In this document: one piece after another, positions 41,041 to 52,940 of the stretch | Position numbering within the stretch: position 1 is the stretch's first letter | Layout: each line of letters begins with the position of its first letter | Source: Nitrospirota bacterium | GTDB lineage: Bacteria; Nitrospirota; UBA9217 | DNA: 64,000 nucleotides | Direction: 5' to 3' | NCBI GenBank assembly: GCA_963790205.1 | Contig: CAWBNQ010000001.1 | Location: forward strand, 704,001-768,000 | The notes under the pieces: model-generated | What the model saw: only the letters and a program-made list of their open reading frames with translations | The model's database searches: none | What the model was told of the DNA's origin: nothing | Made by a program: the position numbers and the translations under genes

Positions 41041-42303
41041 ATGCATGACTTTGTCTATAAAAACGGCGAGCTGTACTGCGAAGGGGTACCTGTAAAGAGC
41101 GTGGCCCAGCGGGTCGGCACGCCCTTTTATCTTTACAGCGGCAATACGCTCGCGAACCACGTCAAGGCCTTTGCCGGCGCTTTTAAAGGCGTTCCGAACC
41201 TCATCTGCTTTGCGCTCAAGTCCAATTCCAATGGCGCTGTGCTGCGGCTGCTCGGCAGGGAAGGGGCCGGGGCGGACATCGTATCCGGCGGCGAGCTTTT
41301 CCGCGCGTTGCGCGCGGGCATTGCTCCGAAGAAGATCGTCTACGCCGGCGTGGGCAAGCGACGGGACGAGATCGAGTATGCGCTCAAGATCGGCATTCTC
41401 ATGTTCAATGTCGAGTCCGGCGAGGAGCTTCTGGCGCTCGACCGGGCCGCGAAGGAAATGCACGCGAAGGCGCAGATCGCCTTGCGGGTCAATCCAAATA
41501 TCGATCCCAAAACGCACGCCTACATATCCACGGGACTCAAGGAGAATAAGTTCGGAATCCCGATCGAGCAGGCATTCGAACACTACCAGACGGCAAAAAA
41601 TCTTTCGCACGTGGAAGTGGTCGGCATACACCAGCACATCGGGTCGCAGATCACCGAAATCCAGCCTTTTGTCGACGCCGTCGAAAAGCTCGTCAGCTTC
41701 GTGAAGGGCCTCCGGTCGGCCGGGATGAGCATTCAATATATCAACATCGGCGGCGGCCTCGGCATTACGTATAAGGATGAGACCCCCCCGCTGCCCAGGG
41801 AGCTGGCGAAGGCCATTCAGCCGCTCCTGAAGGACTGCGGCTGTACGCTTGTGCTCGAACCGGGAAGGGCGATCGTGGGCAACGCAGGGATCCTCGTGAC
41901 GAGAGTTCTTTATCATAAAGAGAGCGGCGAGAAGCGGTTTCTCATTGTGGATGCGGGCATGAACGATCTCATCCGGCCGAGCCTGTACGAGGCCTATCAC
42001 GAGATCAAGCCGGTCATCGAGACGGCATCATCTCACAAGGCCGTGTTCGACGTCGTCGGCCCCATCTGCGAGTCCGGCGATTATCTCGCCAAGGACCGTG
42101 AGATGCCGGAGGTGAAGCAGGGGGAGCTTCTCGCCGTGATGGGCGCAGGCGCATACGGGTTCTCCATGTCATCAAACTACAATTCCCGGGTGCGCGTGGC
42201 AGAGGTGATGGTCAAGGAAAAGGAATATTTCGTCGTGCGCGAACGCGAGACCTACAATGACCTTATCAGGAATGAGAAGGTCCCCCGGTGGCTCGAAGGA
42301 TAG
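41041..42303 (+). CDS. lysA: Diaminopimelate decarboxylase
   Basis: FALKSN, HIGSQ, EPGR, GPICESGD. Confidence 0.95.
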   Translation: MHDFVYKNGELYCEGVPVKSVAQRVGTPFYLYSGNTLANHVKAFAGAFKGVPNLICFALKSNSNGAVLRLLGREGAGADIVSGGELFRALRAGIAPKKIVYAGVGKRRDEIEYALKIGILMFNVESGEELLALDRAAKEMHAKAQIALRVNPNIDPKTHAYISTGLKENKFGIPIEQAFEHYQTAKNLSHVEVVGIHQHIGSQITEIQPFVDAVEKLVSFVKGLRSAGMSIQYINIGGGLGITYKDETPPLPRELAKAIQPLLKDCGCTLVLEPGRAIVGNAGILVTRVLYHKESGEKRFLIVDAGMNDLIRPSLYEAYHEIKPVIETASSHKAVFDVVGPICESGDYLAKDREMPEVKQGELLAVMGAGAYGFSMSSNYNSRVRVAEVMVKEKEYFVVRERETYNDLIRNEKVPRWLEG

Positions 42304-42321
42304 GAAATTGCGGATTGTGGA

Positions 42322-43143
42322 ATGAAAAACTTGAAAAAAATACCTTTCTATAAAATGCAGGGGAGCGGCAACGACTTCATCCTGATCGACAACCGCAAGG
42401 GGATCCTGAAAGGGAAGAACCTCAGGGACCTTGCAACCGCTGTTTGCGATCGCCACTACTCCGTCGGCGCCGACGGCCTCATCGTCATCGTGCCCTCGAA
42501 GCGGACGGACTTCAAGTGGCGGTTCTTCAACGCCGACGGGAGCGAGGCCGAGATGTGCGGCAACGGCTCGCGCTGCGCCGCACGGTTCGCGTACCTTAAA
42601 AAGACCGCAAAGAAGGACATGGCCTTCGAGACGCTTGCGGGGACCATTCATGCCGAGGTCAAAAAAAACACCGTCAAGGTGCAGCTCACCGGCGCGAACG
42701 GTTTGCAGCAACAGGTGGTTGTCCCCTTCGAGGACGGAGCGCGTACCGGTCACTTCATCAATACCGGGGTGCCGCATTTCGTTTATCTTTCCCGTGACCT
42801 CGATGCCGAAGACGTCGACGGCATCGGAAGGCGCACGCGCTACCATGGAATCTTCAAGCCTGCGGGCACGAATGTAAACTTCATTCAGGTGCAGGGCCTG
42901 CACAAGCTCAAGATAAGGACCTATGAACGCGGGGTCGAGGGCGAGACCCTGGCCTGCGGAACGGGCGCTGTCGCCGGCGCACTCATTGCGGGTGCGCTCG
43001 GCCTTGTCTCTTCTCCGGTAGAAGTGTCGACCAGGGGCGGAGAGAGGCTTACGGTCTCCTTCGAGCGCGGGAGCGAGGGATTTCGCGACATTTACCTCGA
43101 GGGCCAGGCACAAGTGATCTGCGAGGGGAATTTATATCTTTAG
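42322..43143 (+). CDS. dapF: Diaminopimelate epimerase
   Basis: [26 protein letters not shown]. Confidence 0.95.
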   Translation: MKNLKKIPFYKMQGSGNDFILIDNRKGILKGKNLRDLATAVCDRHYSVGADGLIVIVPSKRTDFKWRFFNADGSEAEMCGNGSRCAARFAYLKKTAKKDMAFETLAGTIHAEVKKNTVKVQLTGANGLQQQVVVPFEDGARTGHFINTGVPHFVYLSRDLDAEDVDGIGRRTRYHGIFKPAGTNVNFIQVQGLHKLKIRTYERGVEGETLACGTGAVAGALIAGALGLVSSPVEVSTRGGERLTVSFERGSEGFRDIYLEGQAQVICEGNLYL

Positions 43144-43199
43144 GTAAACCCGGAAACGCGAAACTGAACAACTGGAATTTTTTGCCGAAGGAGGCTATT

Positions 43200-44073
43200 A
43201 TGTTCAAGGGTTCAATGGTTGCAATCGTTACGCCGTTCAAGCATGGCAAGGTGGATGAGAAGGCCCTCGGCGAGCTCATCGAGTTCCATATTAAGAGCGG
43301 CACGGATGTGATCGTGCCCTGCGGCACCACGGGTGAATCAGCCACGCTCTCCCACGAGGAGCACCACCGGGTCGTGGAGCTTACCGTCAAAACGGTGAAC
43401 AAACGCGTCCCGGTCGTTGCCGGCGCAGGCTCGAACTCGACCTCCGAGACGCATGGAACTCACGAAATATGCCATGAAGGCCGGGGCCGACGGCGTGCTC
43501 CTCATCACTCCCTACTATAACAAACCGACACAGGAAGGCCTGTACCAGCACTTCAAGAAGGTTGCCGAGTCCGTTGACATCCCGATCGTGCTCTACAACG
43601 TGCCGGGGAGAACGAGCGTAAACATGCTGCCCGCCACCGTCGCACGGCTCCGCACCATCAGGAACATCGTCGGCATCAAGGAAGCCACGGGCGATATGAA
43701 GCAGGTGAGCGAGCTTATCCGGCTCTGCGGCAGGGACTTCGACGTGATCTCGGGCGATGATTTCACGACGCTGCCGCTCCTCGCTCTCGGCGGCGTGGGC
43801 GCCATTTCGGTGACGGCAAACGTCGTCCCGGCCGATGCCGCCGGGATGTTCGATGCCTTCTTTGCCGGAAAAAGAGAGGAGGCGCTCAAATTCCACTACA
43901 AGATGGAGCCTCTGCACGGCGCCATGTTCATTGAGACCAATCCGATCCCGGTGAAGACCTCGCTCGCGCTCATGGGCAAGATCTCCGAGGAGTTCCGCCT
44001 CCCGCTCTGTCCCATGGCCGAGGCGAACAAGGAAAAACTGAAAAAGGCCCTGAAGGATTACGGGCTGATTTAA
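43200..44073 (+). CDS. dapA: 4-hydroxy-tetrahydrodipicolinate synthase, apparent +1 frameshift near 43452
   Basis: GTTGES in the first ORF; PYYNKP, YNVPGRT and GIKEA in the second. Confidence 0.9.
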
Positions 44074-44221
44074 TTTTTTATCACAAAAGACAGACCCGCA
44101 CCCGCATTACCACCCGTAACCGCTCGGTGCAGGCGAAGTCACGAAGAAAGCAGAAAAAAGCGACCTGGTTTTCTTAGTGTCTTAGATACTTCGTGGTGAA
44201 TTGTTTTCAAAGGAGCTATCC

Positions 44222-45031
44222 ATGATTAAAGCAGTCGTTACCGGCGCTGCGGGCAGGATGGGTTCACGGATCATCAACGTGCTCTCGACCTCGGAAGGCA
44301 TCCGCCTTTCCGCCGCTGTAGAGCGGAAAGGACATCCCCTGGTCGGCCAGGATTCCTGCGGCGTGGCGGGGCTCCCGTCCGGCGGGGTCCTGACCATGGT
44401 CACCGACGACCTCGCCAACGCGCTCAAGACCGGAGATGTGCTCATCGATTTCACCGCTCCCGAGGCCAGCCTCGAGCATATCCGCATCTGCGCCGAGCAC
44501 AAACGGCCTGTCGTGGTAGGGTCAACCGGCTTTTCGAAGGAGCAGCTTGAGCAGGTCAGGATATACACCCAGGCGATCCCCTGCGTGCTCTCGCCGAACA
44601 TGAGCATCGGGGTCAACCTCTGCTTCAAGATCCTTGCGGAGGTGGCAAAGACGCTCGGCGATGACTATGACATCGAGGTGATCGAGGCCCACCACCGCAT
44701 GAAAAAGGACGCGCCGTCAGGCACGGCGGTGAAGATGGCCCAGGTGCTGGCGCAGGCGGTGGACCGGAACCTCGACGAGGTCGGCGTGTACGCGCGCAAA
44801 GGCATGATCGGCGAGCGCTCGAAAAAGGAGATCGGCATCCAGACCGTGCGCGCCGGCGACATCGTGGGCGAGCACACGGTGCTGTTTGCGGGCAAGGGCG
44901 AGCGTATTGAGATCACCCACCGGGCCCACAGCAGGGACACCTTTGCCGCCGGGGCCGTGCGCGCTGCAAAGTGGGTCGTCGGGAAGAAACCGGGCCTGTA
45001 CGATATGCAGGATGTGCTGGGCCTGAAATAA
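44222..45031 (+). CDS. dapB: 4-hydroxy-tetrahydrodipicolinate reductase
   Basis: GAAGRMG, EAHHRMKKDAPSGTA. Confidence 0.95.
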   Translation: MIKAVVTGAAGRMGSRIINVLSTSEGIRLSAAVERKGHPLVGQDSCGVAGLPSGGVLTMVTDDLANALKTGDVLIDFTAPEASLEHIRICAEHKRPVVVGSTGFSKEQLEQVRIYTQAIPCVLSPNMSIGVNLCFKILAEVAKTLGDDYDIEVIEAHHRMKKDAPSGTAVKMAQVLAQAVDRNLDEVGVYARKGMIGERSKKEIGIQTVRAGDIVGEHTVLFAGKGERIEITHRAHSRDTFAAGAVRAAKWVVGKKPGLYDMQDVLGLK

Positions 45032-45115
45032 AATCGATGCTCTTCAAAATGCAGGGCGGTGCGGACGATGCGCAGCCATGCATTGTGGGCATCATACGTG
45101 AAGGAGTGAAGTGTA

Positions 45116-45892
45116 ATGAAAAAGTATATAGTCAGCATGATGGTGGGGTTTTTATTCCTTGTGCCGCTCACCTCGGGCGCCTTTACCTCGGAGCATCCCG
45201 GCTGCGGGGGGGATTGCCGGGAGTGCCATACGCTGGAGAAAAAAGAGGCCGAAGGAATCATAAAAAAAGTTGTTCCGGCGGGCACCGTTCTCGACGTGAA
45301 GATGGCCCCGGTCAGAGGGCTCTGGCAGATCGACTTTGACGTGGAGGGGAAGCACGGGGTCGTGTTCCTCGATTTTTTAAAGAGTAATCTCGTGGTAGTG
45401 CAGCAGATCATTCCCATCGAGTCAATCGGCAAGCCCGCAGCGCCGAAAATGGTAGATTTCTCCAGGCTCCCGCTCAAAGAGGCGCTTGTTCTGGGGCCGA
45501 AATCCGCGAAGAAAAAGATCGTGGTGTTTACCGATCCCGACTGCCCCTTCTGCCGGAAGCTGCATGAGGAGATCAAACTGGTCCTGGCGAAGCGGCATGA
45601 TGTCGCCTTCTACATCTTCCTCCGTCCACTCCCCATGCACGGAAAAGACGCGAATGACAAGGCACAGGCCATTATTTGCGCAAAATCGCCGGCGCTCCTC
45701 GACGAGGCCTTGTCCGGGAAGGCTGTCCCCCCGCCTTCCTGTTCGACCGCCGGCGAACAGGTGGAGAAAAACAACAAGCTTGCCGATTCACTCGGCCTGC
45801 TCGGCACGCCCACGCTGGTGCGCCAGGACGGCATGGTGAACTTCGGCTACCTCCCGGCGGAACAGCTTTCGGCCTGGATCGACGGCAAATAA
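45116..45892 (+). CDS. DsbC-like thiol:disulfide isomerase with N-terminal CxxCH
   Basis: Signal peptide; GCGGDCRECH; FTDPDCPFC; GTPT. Confidence 0.85.
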   Translation: MKKYIVSMMVGFLFLVPLTSGAFTSEHPGCGGDCRECHTLEKKEAEGIIKKVVPAGTVLDVKMAPVRGLWQIDFDVEGKHGVVFLDFLKSNLVVVQQIIPIESIGKPAAPKMVDFSRLPLKEALVLGPKSAKKKIVVFTDPDCPFCRKLHEEIKLVLAKRHDVAFYIFLRPLPMHGKDANDKAQAIICAKSPALLDEALSGKAVPPPSCSTAGEQVEKNNKLADSLGLLGTPTLVRQDGMVNFGYLPAEQLSAWIDGK

Positions 45893-45910
45893 GTCTGCGC
45901 GGAGCGGTGT

Positions 45911-46672
45911 ATGAGACTGGTGCGGTTTCTGGCGCGGGGCGACAAGCCGGCCTGGGGCATCGTAAACGGCGACGAGCTTGCGGAACTGGACGGAGATTTT
46001 TTTACTCCCTTCAAAACGGCGAAGGCCGGCCATGTCCTTTCCCGGGTGCAGCTTCTCCCGCCGTGTAACCCGTCCAAGGTCGTGGCTGTCGGGCTGAACT
46101 ATCGGGACCACGCTCACGAGCTGGGACTTGCGATTCCCGAGGAGCCGGTCATCTTTCTTAAGCCGCCGACGACCGTTATCGGACCGGGTGAAAGCGTCAT
46201 CTGTCCCGCGGCGAGCGCGCGCGTGGATTACGAGGCCGAGCTTGGCGTTGTGGTCAAGGACCGGACCAGGAACATCGGTCCCGAAGAGGCGCCTGACCAT
46301 ATTCTCGGGTATACCTGTGCGAACGATGTCACGGCGCGCGATTTGCAGAAAAAGGACGGGCAATGGACGCGCGCCAAGTCCTTCGATACATTCTGCCCCG
46401 TCGGACCCTGGATAGAAACCGACCTTGACCCCGGGGACCTTCTGATCCAGTCCTATCTCAACGGCGAGCGCCGGCAGTCCTCCCGGACGTCGCAGCTTAT
46501 TTTCAACGTTCATGAGCTCGTCAGCTTCATCTCCGGGATCATGACGCTTGAGCCGGGAGACCTCATTATAACCGGGACACCGGCGGGCATCGGGCCCATG
46601 AAGCCCGGCGATGAGATCGAGGTGCGGATAGAGGGGATCGGGAGCTTGAAGAACCGTGTAAGTGCGGAATGA
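45911..46672 (+). CDS. Fumarylacetoacetate hydrolase family protein
   Basis: VGLNY, DYEAEL, NDVTARD, KSFDTF, TGTP. Confidence 0.9.
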   Translation: MRLVRFLARGDKPAWGIVNGDELAELDGDFFTPFKTAKAGHVLSRVQLLPPCNPSKVVAVGLNYRDHAHELGLAIPEEPVIFLKPPTTVIGPGESVICPAASARVDYEAELGVVVKDRTRNIGPEEAPDHILGYTCANDVTARDLQKKDGQWTRAKSFDTFCPVGPWIETDLDPGDLLIQSYLNGERRQSSRTSQLIFNVHELVSFISGIMTLEPGDLIITGTPAGIGPMKPGDEIEVRIEGIGSLKNRVSAE

Positions 46673-46742
46673 TGCACGATCCGGGATGCAGGATGAAATG
46701 AAATAGCTGCTCTCATGCATCGTGGATCATGCATCCTGCCTC
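46671..46742. repeat. Heptamer inverted-arm repeat (GATGCAN family); second copy at 48043-48110
   Basis: GATGCAC GATCCGG GATGCAG GATG ... CATGCAT CGTGGAT CATGCAT CCTGCCT. Confidence 0.7.
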
Positions 46743-46788
46743 CGGCCCTATTCGTCCCGGCTATCGTTCAACATTGAGGAGGAAATCA

Positions 46789-48034
46789 GTGCCACAGTCG
46801 AGTGAACCCTATGTCCAGTCCCTCTTTGCCGGGCGGATCGGCGGCGCGATGTTCGGCAAGGAACAGAAGATCTACAAGTTTGAAAAGATCAAGCGCGCCA
46901 AGCGCGCGGCGCTGTCGGCCCATCCCGGCGCGGAGCTGATCGACTTCGGCGTGGGCGAGCCGGACGAGATGGCTTTCCCCGGCGTTGTCCGGTCGCTCCA
47001 GGAAGAAGCGGCAAGGCCGGAGAACCGCGGCTACGCCGACAACGGCATCCGGGAGTTCAAGGAAGCGGCCGCGCGGTATATGCAAAAGGTCTACGGTGTG
47101 GAAGGCATCAACCCCGAGACCGAGGTGCTCCACGGCATCGGCAGCAAGCCCGTGCTCGCCATGTTTCCGGCAATCTTCATCAATCCCGGCGATGTGACGC
47201 TCATGACCGTGCCGGGCTATCCTATCATGGGGACGCATACGCGCTGGTATGGCGGCGCCGTGGTCAATCTGCCGCTGCGCGAAGAGAACGGATTTCTGCC
47301 CGATCTCGACTCCATCCCCGGGGATGTGAGGACAAAGGCAAAGCTCCTCTATATCAATTATCCGAACAACCCAACGGGCGCGGGCGCAACCGGGGCCTTC
47401 TTCGAGAAGGTCGTGAAGTTCGCCAAAGAGAACAGCGTCATTGTGGTGCACGATGCGGCCTATGCCGCTCTCACGTTCGGCGCCAAGCCGCTTTCGTTCC
47501 TCTCGGTAGCGGGCGCAAAAGAAGTGGGCGTCGAGGTCCACTCCCTCTCCAAGGCATATAACATGACCGGCTGGCGCCTTGCCTTCGTCGTCGGGAACGA
47601 GCGCGTCATTGCCGGCTACGGGAACGTCAAGGACAATTATGACTCCGGTCAGTTCAAGGCAATACAGAAGGCGGGCGTATATGCCCTCGACCACCCCGAG
47701 ATCACGGATGAGATCGCGGCAAAGTACGAGCGGAGGCTCAGGGCCATGGTCGCTGTCCTTGCAGAGATGGGCTTCAACGCAAAGATGCCGTCGGGCTCGT
47801 TCTACCTCTACGTAAAGATGCCGAAAGGCGTCAGGAACGGAAGACGGTTCTCGACTGCCGAGGAGTTCTCCGAGTTCCTCATCACGGAAAAGCTCATCAG
47901 CACCGTGCCCTGGGACGATGCCGGGGCGTTTATCCGCTTCTCGGCCACCTTCGAGTCCCAAGGCAAGGCCGACGAACAGCGGGTGCTCGAAGGAGTTCAA
48001 GAAGCGGATGGCAGGGCTGCAGTTCGAATTTTAG
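46789..48034 (+). CDS. dapL: LL-diaminopimelate aminotransferase, apparent +1 frameshift near 47991
   Basis: NYPNNPTG, DAAY, SLSKAYNMTGWR; dap gene context. Corrected end reads EFKKRMAGLQFEF*. Confidence 0.8.
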
Positions 48035-48117
48035 TTCACGCAGATGCATGATCCATGGTCCACGATGCATGATTGTTTCGCGTATCGTGCATCCTGCATC
48101 AGGTATCCTGAAACGCT

Positions 48118-48606
48118 ATGCCGACTACCGCATACATCGGTCTGGGCTCGAATATGGGCGACAGGACAGGCGCCTGCAGGCGGGCGCTTGAATTGTTAAG
48201 CAGGGCGGGCCGCGTCGTAAAGATTTCCTCATTTTACTGCACCGAACCCGTTGGTTACCGGGAGCAGGAAGAGTTCATTAATGCAGTTGCAGAGCTCGAG
48301 ACCGAGCTGTCACCGCGGGACCTTCTCACTGTATGCCAGACGATCGAGAACGAGCTCGGCCGCGTGCGCCTCGTCCGCTGGGGTCCGCGAGCGGTGGACC
48401 TCGACATCCTGCTCTATGGCAGCACCATAGTCAAGACGCCCGACCTCCTTATCCCGCATCCGCAGCTGTCCTTGCGGGGGTTCGTGCTCGTACCGCTGTG
48501 TGAAATTGCGCCCCACTTCGTGCATCCTGTTCTCAAAAAGACTATCGCGCACCTGCTGCACGAGTCGAAGGACCCGCACCGGGTGGTCAAGTGCGGGGTA
48601 GCATGA
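48118..48606 (+). CDS. folK: 2-amino-4-hydroxy-6-hydroxymethyldihydropteridine pyrophosphokinase
   Basis: IGLGSNMG, WGPRAVDLDIL, IPHP. Confidence 0.95.
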   Translation: MPTTAYIGLGSNMGDRTGACRRALELLSRAGRVVKISSFYCTEPVGYREQEEFINAVAELETELSPRDLLTVCQTIENELGRVRLVRWGPRAVDLDILLYGSTIVKTPDLLIPHPQLSLRGFVLVPLCEIAPHFVHPVLKKTIAHLLHESKDPHRVVKCGVA

Positions 48607-48642
48607 ACTGGTGCAGAACTATTCATGACCCATGGTGCTCTC

Positions 48643-49309
48643 ATGAACAAGAAACCGGACGCCCATCGTAATACCCGCTATATCGTGACCGAAGGACCGC
48701 TCGGCGTGGGCAAGACGAGCCTCACGAGCCTGCTCGCCGAGGAGCTCGGCGCCCGCCTGGTCCTCGAGCGGGCCGAGGACAACCCGTTTCTCTCCGACTT
48801 CTATAAAGACTCGGCGCGCTACCGGTTCCAGACGCAGATGTTCTTTCTCCTGAACCGGTACAGCCAGCAGGAAGAGATGGCGCAGCCCGACCTGTTCACG
48901 CGGATCACCATCAGCGATTACCTCTTTGCCAAAGACCGCATCTTCGCCTACCTCAACTTAAACGACCACGAGCTCTGCGCTCTATGAGCAGATCTACAAG
49001 ATGCTGGAACCCAAGATCATCCGGCCCGATCTCGTCATTTTCCTCCAGGCGGACACGGACACGCTCCTCCGCCGCATCAAACAGCGCGGCCGCTCCTTTG
49101 AAAAGGACATCAACACCGATTACCTGGCCGCGGTGAACGAAGCCTACAACCAGTACTTCTTCCATTACTCCGATACGCCGCTTTTGGTCATCAATACCTC
49201 GGACATCGACTTTGTGCACCGCAGGGAGGACCTCGACGATCTCCTGAAGCAGGTTCTCGGCATGAAACAGGGCACGCTGTACTACGTGCCGGTATCGAAA
49301 GGCAGATAG
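48643..49309 (+). CDS. Deoxynucleoside kinase, apparent +1 frameshift near 48976
   Basis: EGPLGVGKT, NPFL..FY, KDRIFA; second ORF has RIKQRGRSFE. Confidence 0.85.
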
Positions 49310-49354
49310 TAAGTTGTTGGTTCGCGGAAGGAATTGGTATCGGACTTGAACCAG

Positions 49355-50200
49355 ATGAAGATCGTCACCGCCATATCCGACATGCAGTCTCTTGCCGAAT
49401 CGCTCCGCAAAGAGGGGAAAAGAATCGGCTTCGTGCCTACCATGGGGTTCCTGCACGAGGGGCACCTCTCGCTCATGCGCAAGGCGCGGGAGGACTGCGA
49501 CGTCGTGGTCGTGAGCATCTTCGTGAACCCGGCGCAGTTCGGGCCGAACGAGGACCTCGACCGGTATCCCCGCGACGCTGAGGGGGACCGGAAGAAGTGC
49601 GGGTCCGCGGGCGTGGACATTCTTTTCATTCCCTCAGCAGCTGAGATGTACCACGCAAAAGCGGCGGTTTTCGTTACGGTAGAGGGGGCCTCGGACGTGC
49701 TCGAAGGGGCGATCCGGCCCGGTCACTTTCGCGGCGTGGCCACCGTGGTTGCCAAGCTCTTCAATCTGGTGAAGCCGCACAGGGCCTACTTCGGCCAGAA
49801 GGACTTTCAGCAGTGTGTAGTGGTCAAGCGGATGGTTACGGGGCTGAATATGGACGTGGAGGTCGTCGTGCTGCCCACGGTGCGCGAGGCAGACGGTCTG
49901 GCCATGAGTTCCCGGAACAGCTACCTGAACGCCGAAGAGCGGCGCGCGGCAACGGTTTTGTTCAAGGCGCTCACGGCGGGGCGCGATCTGTTCGAGGCCG
50001 GCGCACGAGAGCCCGAAAAATTAAAAAACAAAATGCGCGCTGTTATCCAGGAGGGAGGGCCTGGCGTAACAATAGACTATGTCGAGATCGCCGACCGCGA
50101 GAGCCTCGCCCCGCTGCTGACCGCCTCGAACAGCATGGTGCTGTTAGTTGCAGCGTGTCTTGGGCGTACAAGATTGATTGACAACCTGCTTGTTCTATGA
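49355..50200 (+). CDS. panC: Pantoate--beta-alanine ligase
   Basis: VPTMGFLHEGH, FGQKD, GLAMSSRN, TRLIDN. Confidence 0.97.
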   Translation: MKIVTAISDMQSLAESLRKEGKRIGFVPTMGFLHEGHLSLMRKAREDCDVVVVSIFVNPAQFGPNEDLDRYPRDAEGDRKKCGSAGVDILFIPSAAEMYHAKAAVFVTVEGASDVLEGAIRPGHFRGVATVVAKLFNLVKPHRAYFGQKDFQQCVVVKRMVTGLNMDVEVVVLPTVREADGLAMSSRNSYLNAEERRAATVLFKALTAGRDLFEAGAREPEKLKNKMRAVIQEGGPGVTIDYVEIADRESLAPLLTASNSMVLLVAACLGRTRLIDNLLVL

Positions 50201-50394
50201 TATGAATTCTGGATTGAGCGCATTCTCCGTTGCTGCGGGGTTAGTGAGCAAATACGATTATGTTCTTCCTTTGAGAATCGAGATTCCCGGCAGATGCTTA
50301 TACAAAGCTCCATTTGCTGCACGGAGCTTCAATATTCGAAACTAAGCGGCAGGCCCGCCTCTTCTTGACCGGCAGTTCGCGCAGAGGTATACCG

Positions 50395-51444
50395 ATGGCG
50401 TTACCGAAGCTCAATGACCGCATGCTTGACATCATCATGACCGCCCGGTCCGTTGTCTCGCAGCTCGACCTCGACAAGGCGCTCACCATGGCGCTCAAGA
50501 AGGCCCTGGAGATTACGAAAGCCAAGGCGGGAAGTGTTGCACTGTACTCAGCCAAAACCGCGACCATGCGCATTCACGCGCACAAGGGGCTCTCAAGGGA
50601 TTTCATATCAAACCGGGAATGGAAGGTCCGCCGGGACGGGCTTACGGCACGCATTTTAAAATCCCGGACCATCACCGTCATCAACAACAGGACGAACAAA
50701 TCTTTTTTTACCAATCCTGTCGCGCTTCACGAGGGCGTCAAGTCACTCATTTGCGTCCCCCTCATCTATTCCCATGAGGTCGTCGGCATTCTTTACGTCG
50801 ATGACTTTACCCTGCGAAAATTTCCCGCTCCCCTTCTCCAGGCGCTTAGCATTCTCGGCTCCTTCGCGTCCATTGCCATCCATCATGCCCGGACCCACGA
50901 CCGGGTCAAGCAGCAGGCCATCACCGACAGTCTCACCGGCCTGTTCAACCGGAGATGTTTCGAAAGCATCCTGAACAGGGAATTCCAGCGCGCGTCGCGG
51001 CATCGGCGGGAGTTTTCGCTCGCCCTCGTGGACGTCAACGATTTTAAGAAGTTTAACGACGCCTTTGGGCACCAGGCGGGGGATGAGGCGCTGGCCTCGC
51101 TCGGTGAGGCGATCCGGCAGGCCGTCAGGAGCACTGACCTGGCCGCACGCTACGGCGGGGACGAGATCGCGATCATCCTTCCCGAGACCAAACTATCGAA
51201 AGCCTACAACCTCTTCGCCGGCCGGATCAAGCGTGAAATCGAGGGCGGCTTTGCCAAGCTGTCGGGCGACCGGCATACCCTCACGGTCACGATCGGGATC
51301 GCGTCCTATCCCCGGGACGGCGAGAACGCCATGGAGCTGATCCTTTCCGCGGACAAGGCGCTTATGTCCGCAAAAAAAGAAAAGCACAGCCGGCGGATCG
51401 GCTGTGCCCGCATGGTCCCCGGCGCGCTCTGCGCTACACCATGA
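50395..51444 (+). CDS. GAF + GGDEF diguanylate cyclase (GGDEI variant)
   Basis: DSLTGLFNRR, FNDAFGH, RSTD, RYGGDEI. Confidence 0.85.
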   Translation: MALPKLNDRMLDIIMTARSVVSQLDLDKALTMALKKALEITKAKAGSVALYSAKTATMRIHAHKGLSRDFISNREWKVRRDGLTARILKSRTITVINNRTNKSFFTNPVALHEGVKSLICVPLIYSHEVVGILYVDDFTLRKFPAPLLQALSILGSFASIAIHHARTHDRVKQQAITDSLTGLFNRRCFESILNREFQRASRHRREFSLALVDVNDFKKFNDAFGHQAGDEALASLGEAIRQAVRSTDLAARYGGDEIAIILPETKLSKAYNLFAGRIKREIEGGFAKLSGDRHTLTVTIGIASYPRDGENAMELILSADKALMSAKKEKHSRRIGCARMVPGALCATP

Positions 51445-52940
51445 CCACCTCATACTGCTCCTGATGCAGGTTCGGGTCCGCCTTGATCACGATCTTCTTC
51501 TGAAATTCCTTTTCCAGTTCCTCGACGCCCTGCCGCTCCTCATCGTACATCATGTCGGCGACCACGGAATTCACCGTCACGAGCGCTTTCCTCTCCTCGG
51601 CGCCGTTAAAAGCCCGCCTGATCTCGCGGAAGACCTCGTAGCAGATAGTGCGGGCCGATTTCACATAGCCGCGTCCGTCGCAGTAGGGACAGAGATCGCA
51701 GAGCGTGCGGCCGAGGCTTTCGCGGATACGCTTCCTGGTCATCTCGATCAGGCCGATCGGCGAAATGTGGGAAATGGTGGTCTTGGCCTTGTCGTGCGAG
51801 AGAGCCTCCTGGAGCGCCGAGTACACCTTGCGGCGGTTGTCCTCGCGCTCCATGTCGATGAAGTCCAGGATGAGGATGCCGCCGATGTTCCGGAGCCTGA
51901 GTTGGTAGGCGATCTCCCGCACGGCCTCGATGTTGGTCTTTAAGATCGTGTCCTCGAGCGTCCGTTTGCCAACGTACCGGCCGGTATTCACGTCGATGGT
52001 GGTGAGCGCCTCGGTCTGGTCGATAATGATGTAGCCGCCGGACTTGAGCCAGACCTTTCTGCCGAGAGCGCGCGAAATCTCGATCTCGACGCCGTAGTGG
52101 TCGAAGATGGGCTCGTCGCCGTCGTAGGGCTTTACGCGCCTGCCGAGCTGGGGCAGATAAGACTCGATGAAATCCTTGACCCGGCGATACTCCTCTTCGG
52201 AGTCGATGACCATCCGGTCCACATCCTTCGTAAAGACGTCCCGGATGACGCGGAACACCAGGTCGAGCTCGTTATGCATCATGGCCGGCGCCGAGGTTTT
52301 TTCTTTTCTCTTCTGGACGTTCTCCCACAGACGGCGCGAGGAATTCTATGTCCGCGGTAAAGTCCTCCTCGCTCCGGCCCTGGCTCGCGGTCCTGACGAT
52401 ATAGCCGGTGTTCGGCTTCCGCAGCCTGCCCACGATCTCGCGGAGCCGCTTCCGCTCCTCGCCGTTCTCGATCCGGCGCGAGACGCCGATGTGGTTCACC
52501 CCCGGCATCATGACGAGGTAGCGGCCGGGAATGCTGATATACGTAGTCACCCGCGCGCCCTTCGTGCTGATCGGCTCCTTCGACACCTGCACCAGAATTT
52601 CCTGGCCTTCCTGCAAAAGGTCCTCGATCTGGTTCGAATGGGAGCGCTTGCGCTTGGGTTCGACCTCGAGTTCCAGCCCTTCGTCTTCCATCATGGGCGT
52701 GTACTCGGAGGTGCTGTCGAACACATCTCCCACGTAGAGGAAGGCCGATTTTTCCAGCCCCACGTCCACGAAGGCGGCCTGCATACCGGGCAGCACTTTC
52801 ATCACCCTGCCCTTATACACATTGCCGGCGATGCCCCGGTCTTTCTTGCGGTCGATATAAATCTCGGTGACGAGGCCGTTCTCCAGAAGCGCCACCCGTG
52901 TCTCTTCACGGCCCGCATTGACGATGATCTCAGAGGACAT
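51434..52940 (-). CDS. rng: Ribonuclease G/E family, apparent +1 frameshift near 52335
   Basis: GNVYKGRV..VLPGMQAAFVD; IDVNTG, DFIDM, EMTRKR. Confidence 0.9.

Noticed and set aside
50395..51444. GGDEI as an inactive or specificity-switched cyclase
   Set aside because: The catalytic GGDE residues and the upstream Asp/Asn motifs are retained; the last-position change alone is weak evidence.
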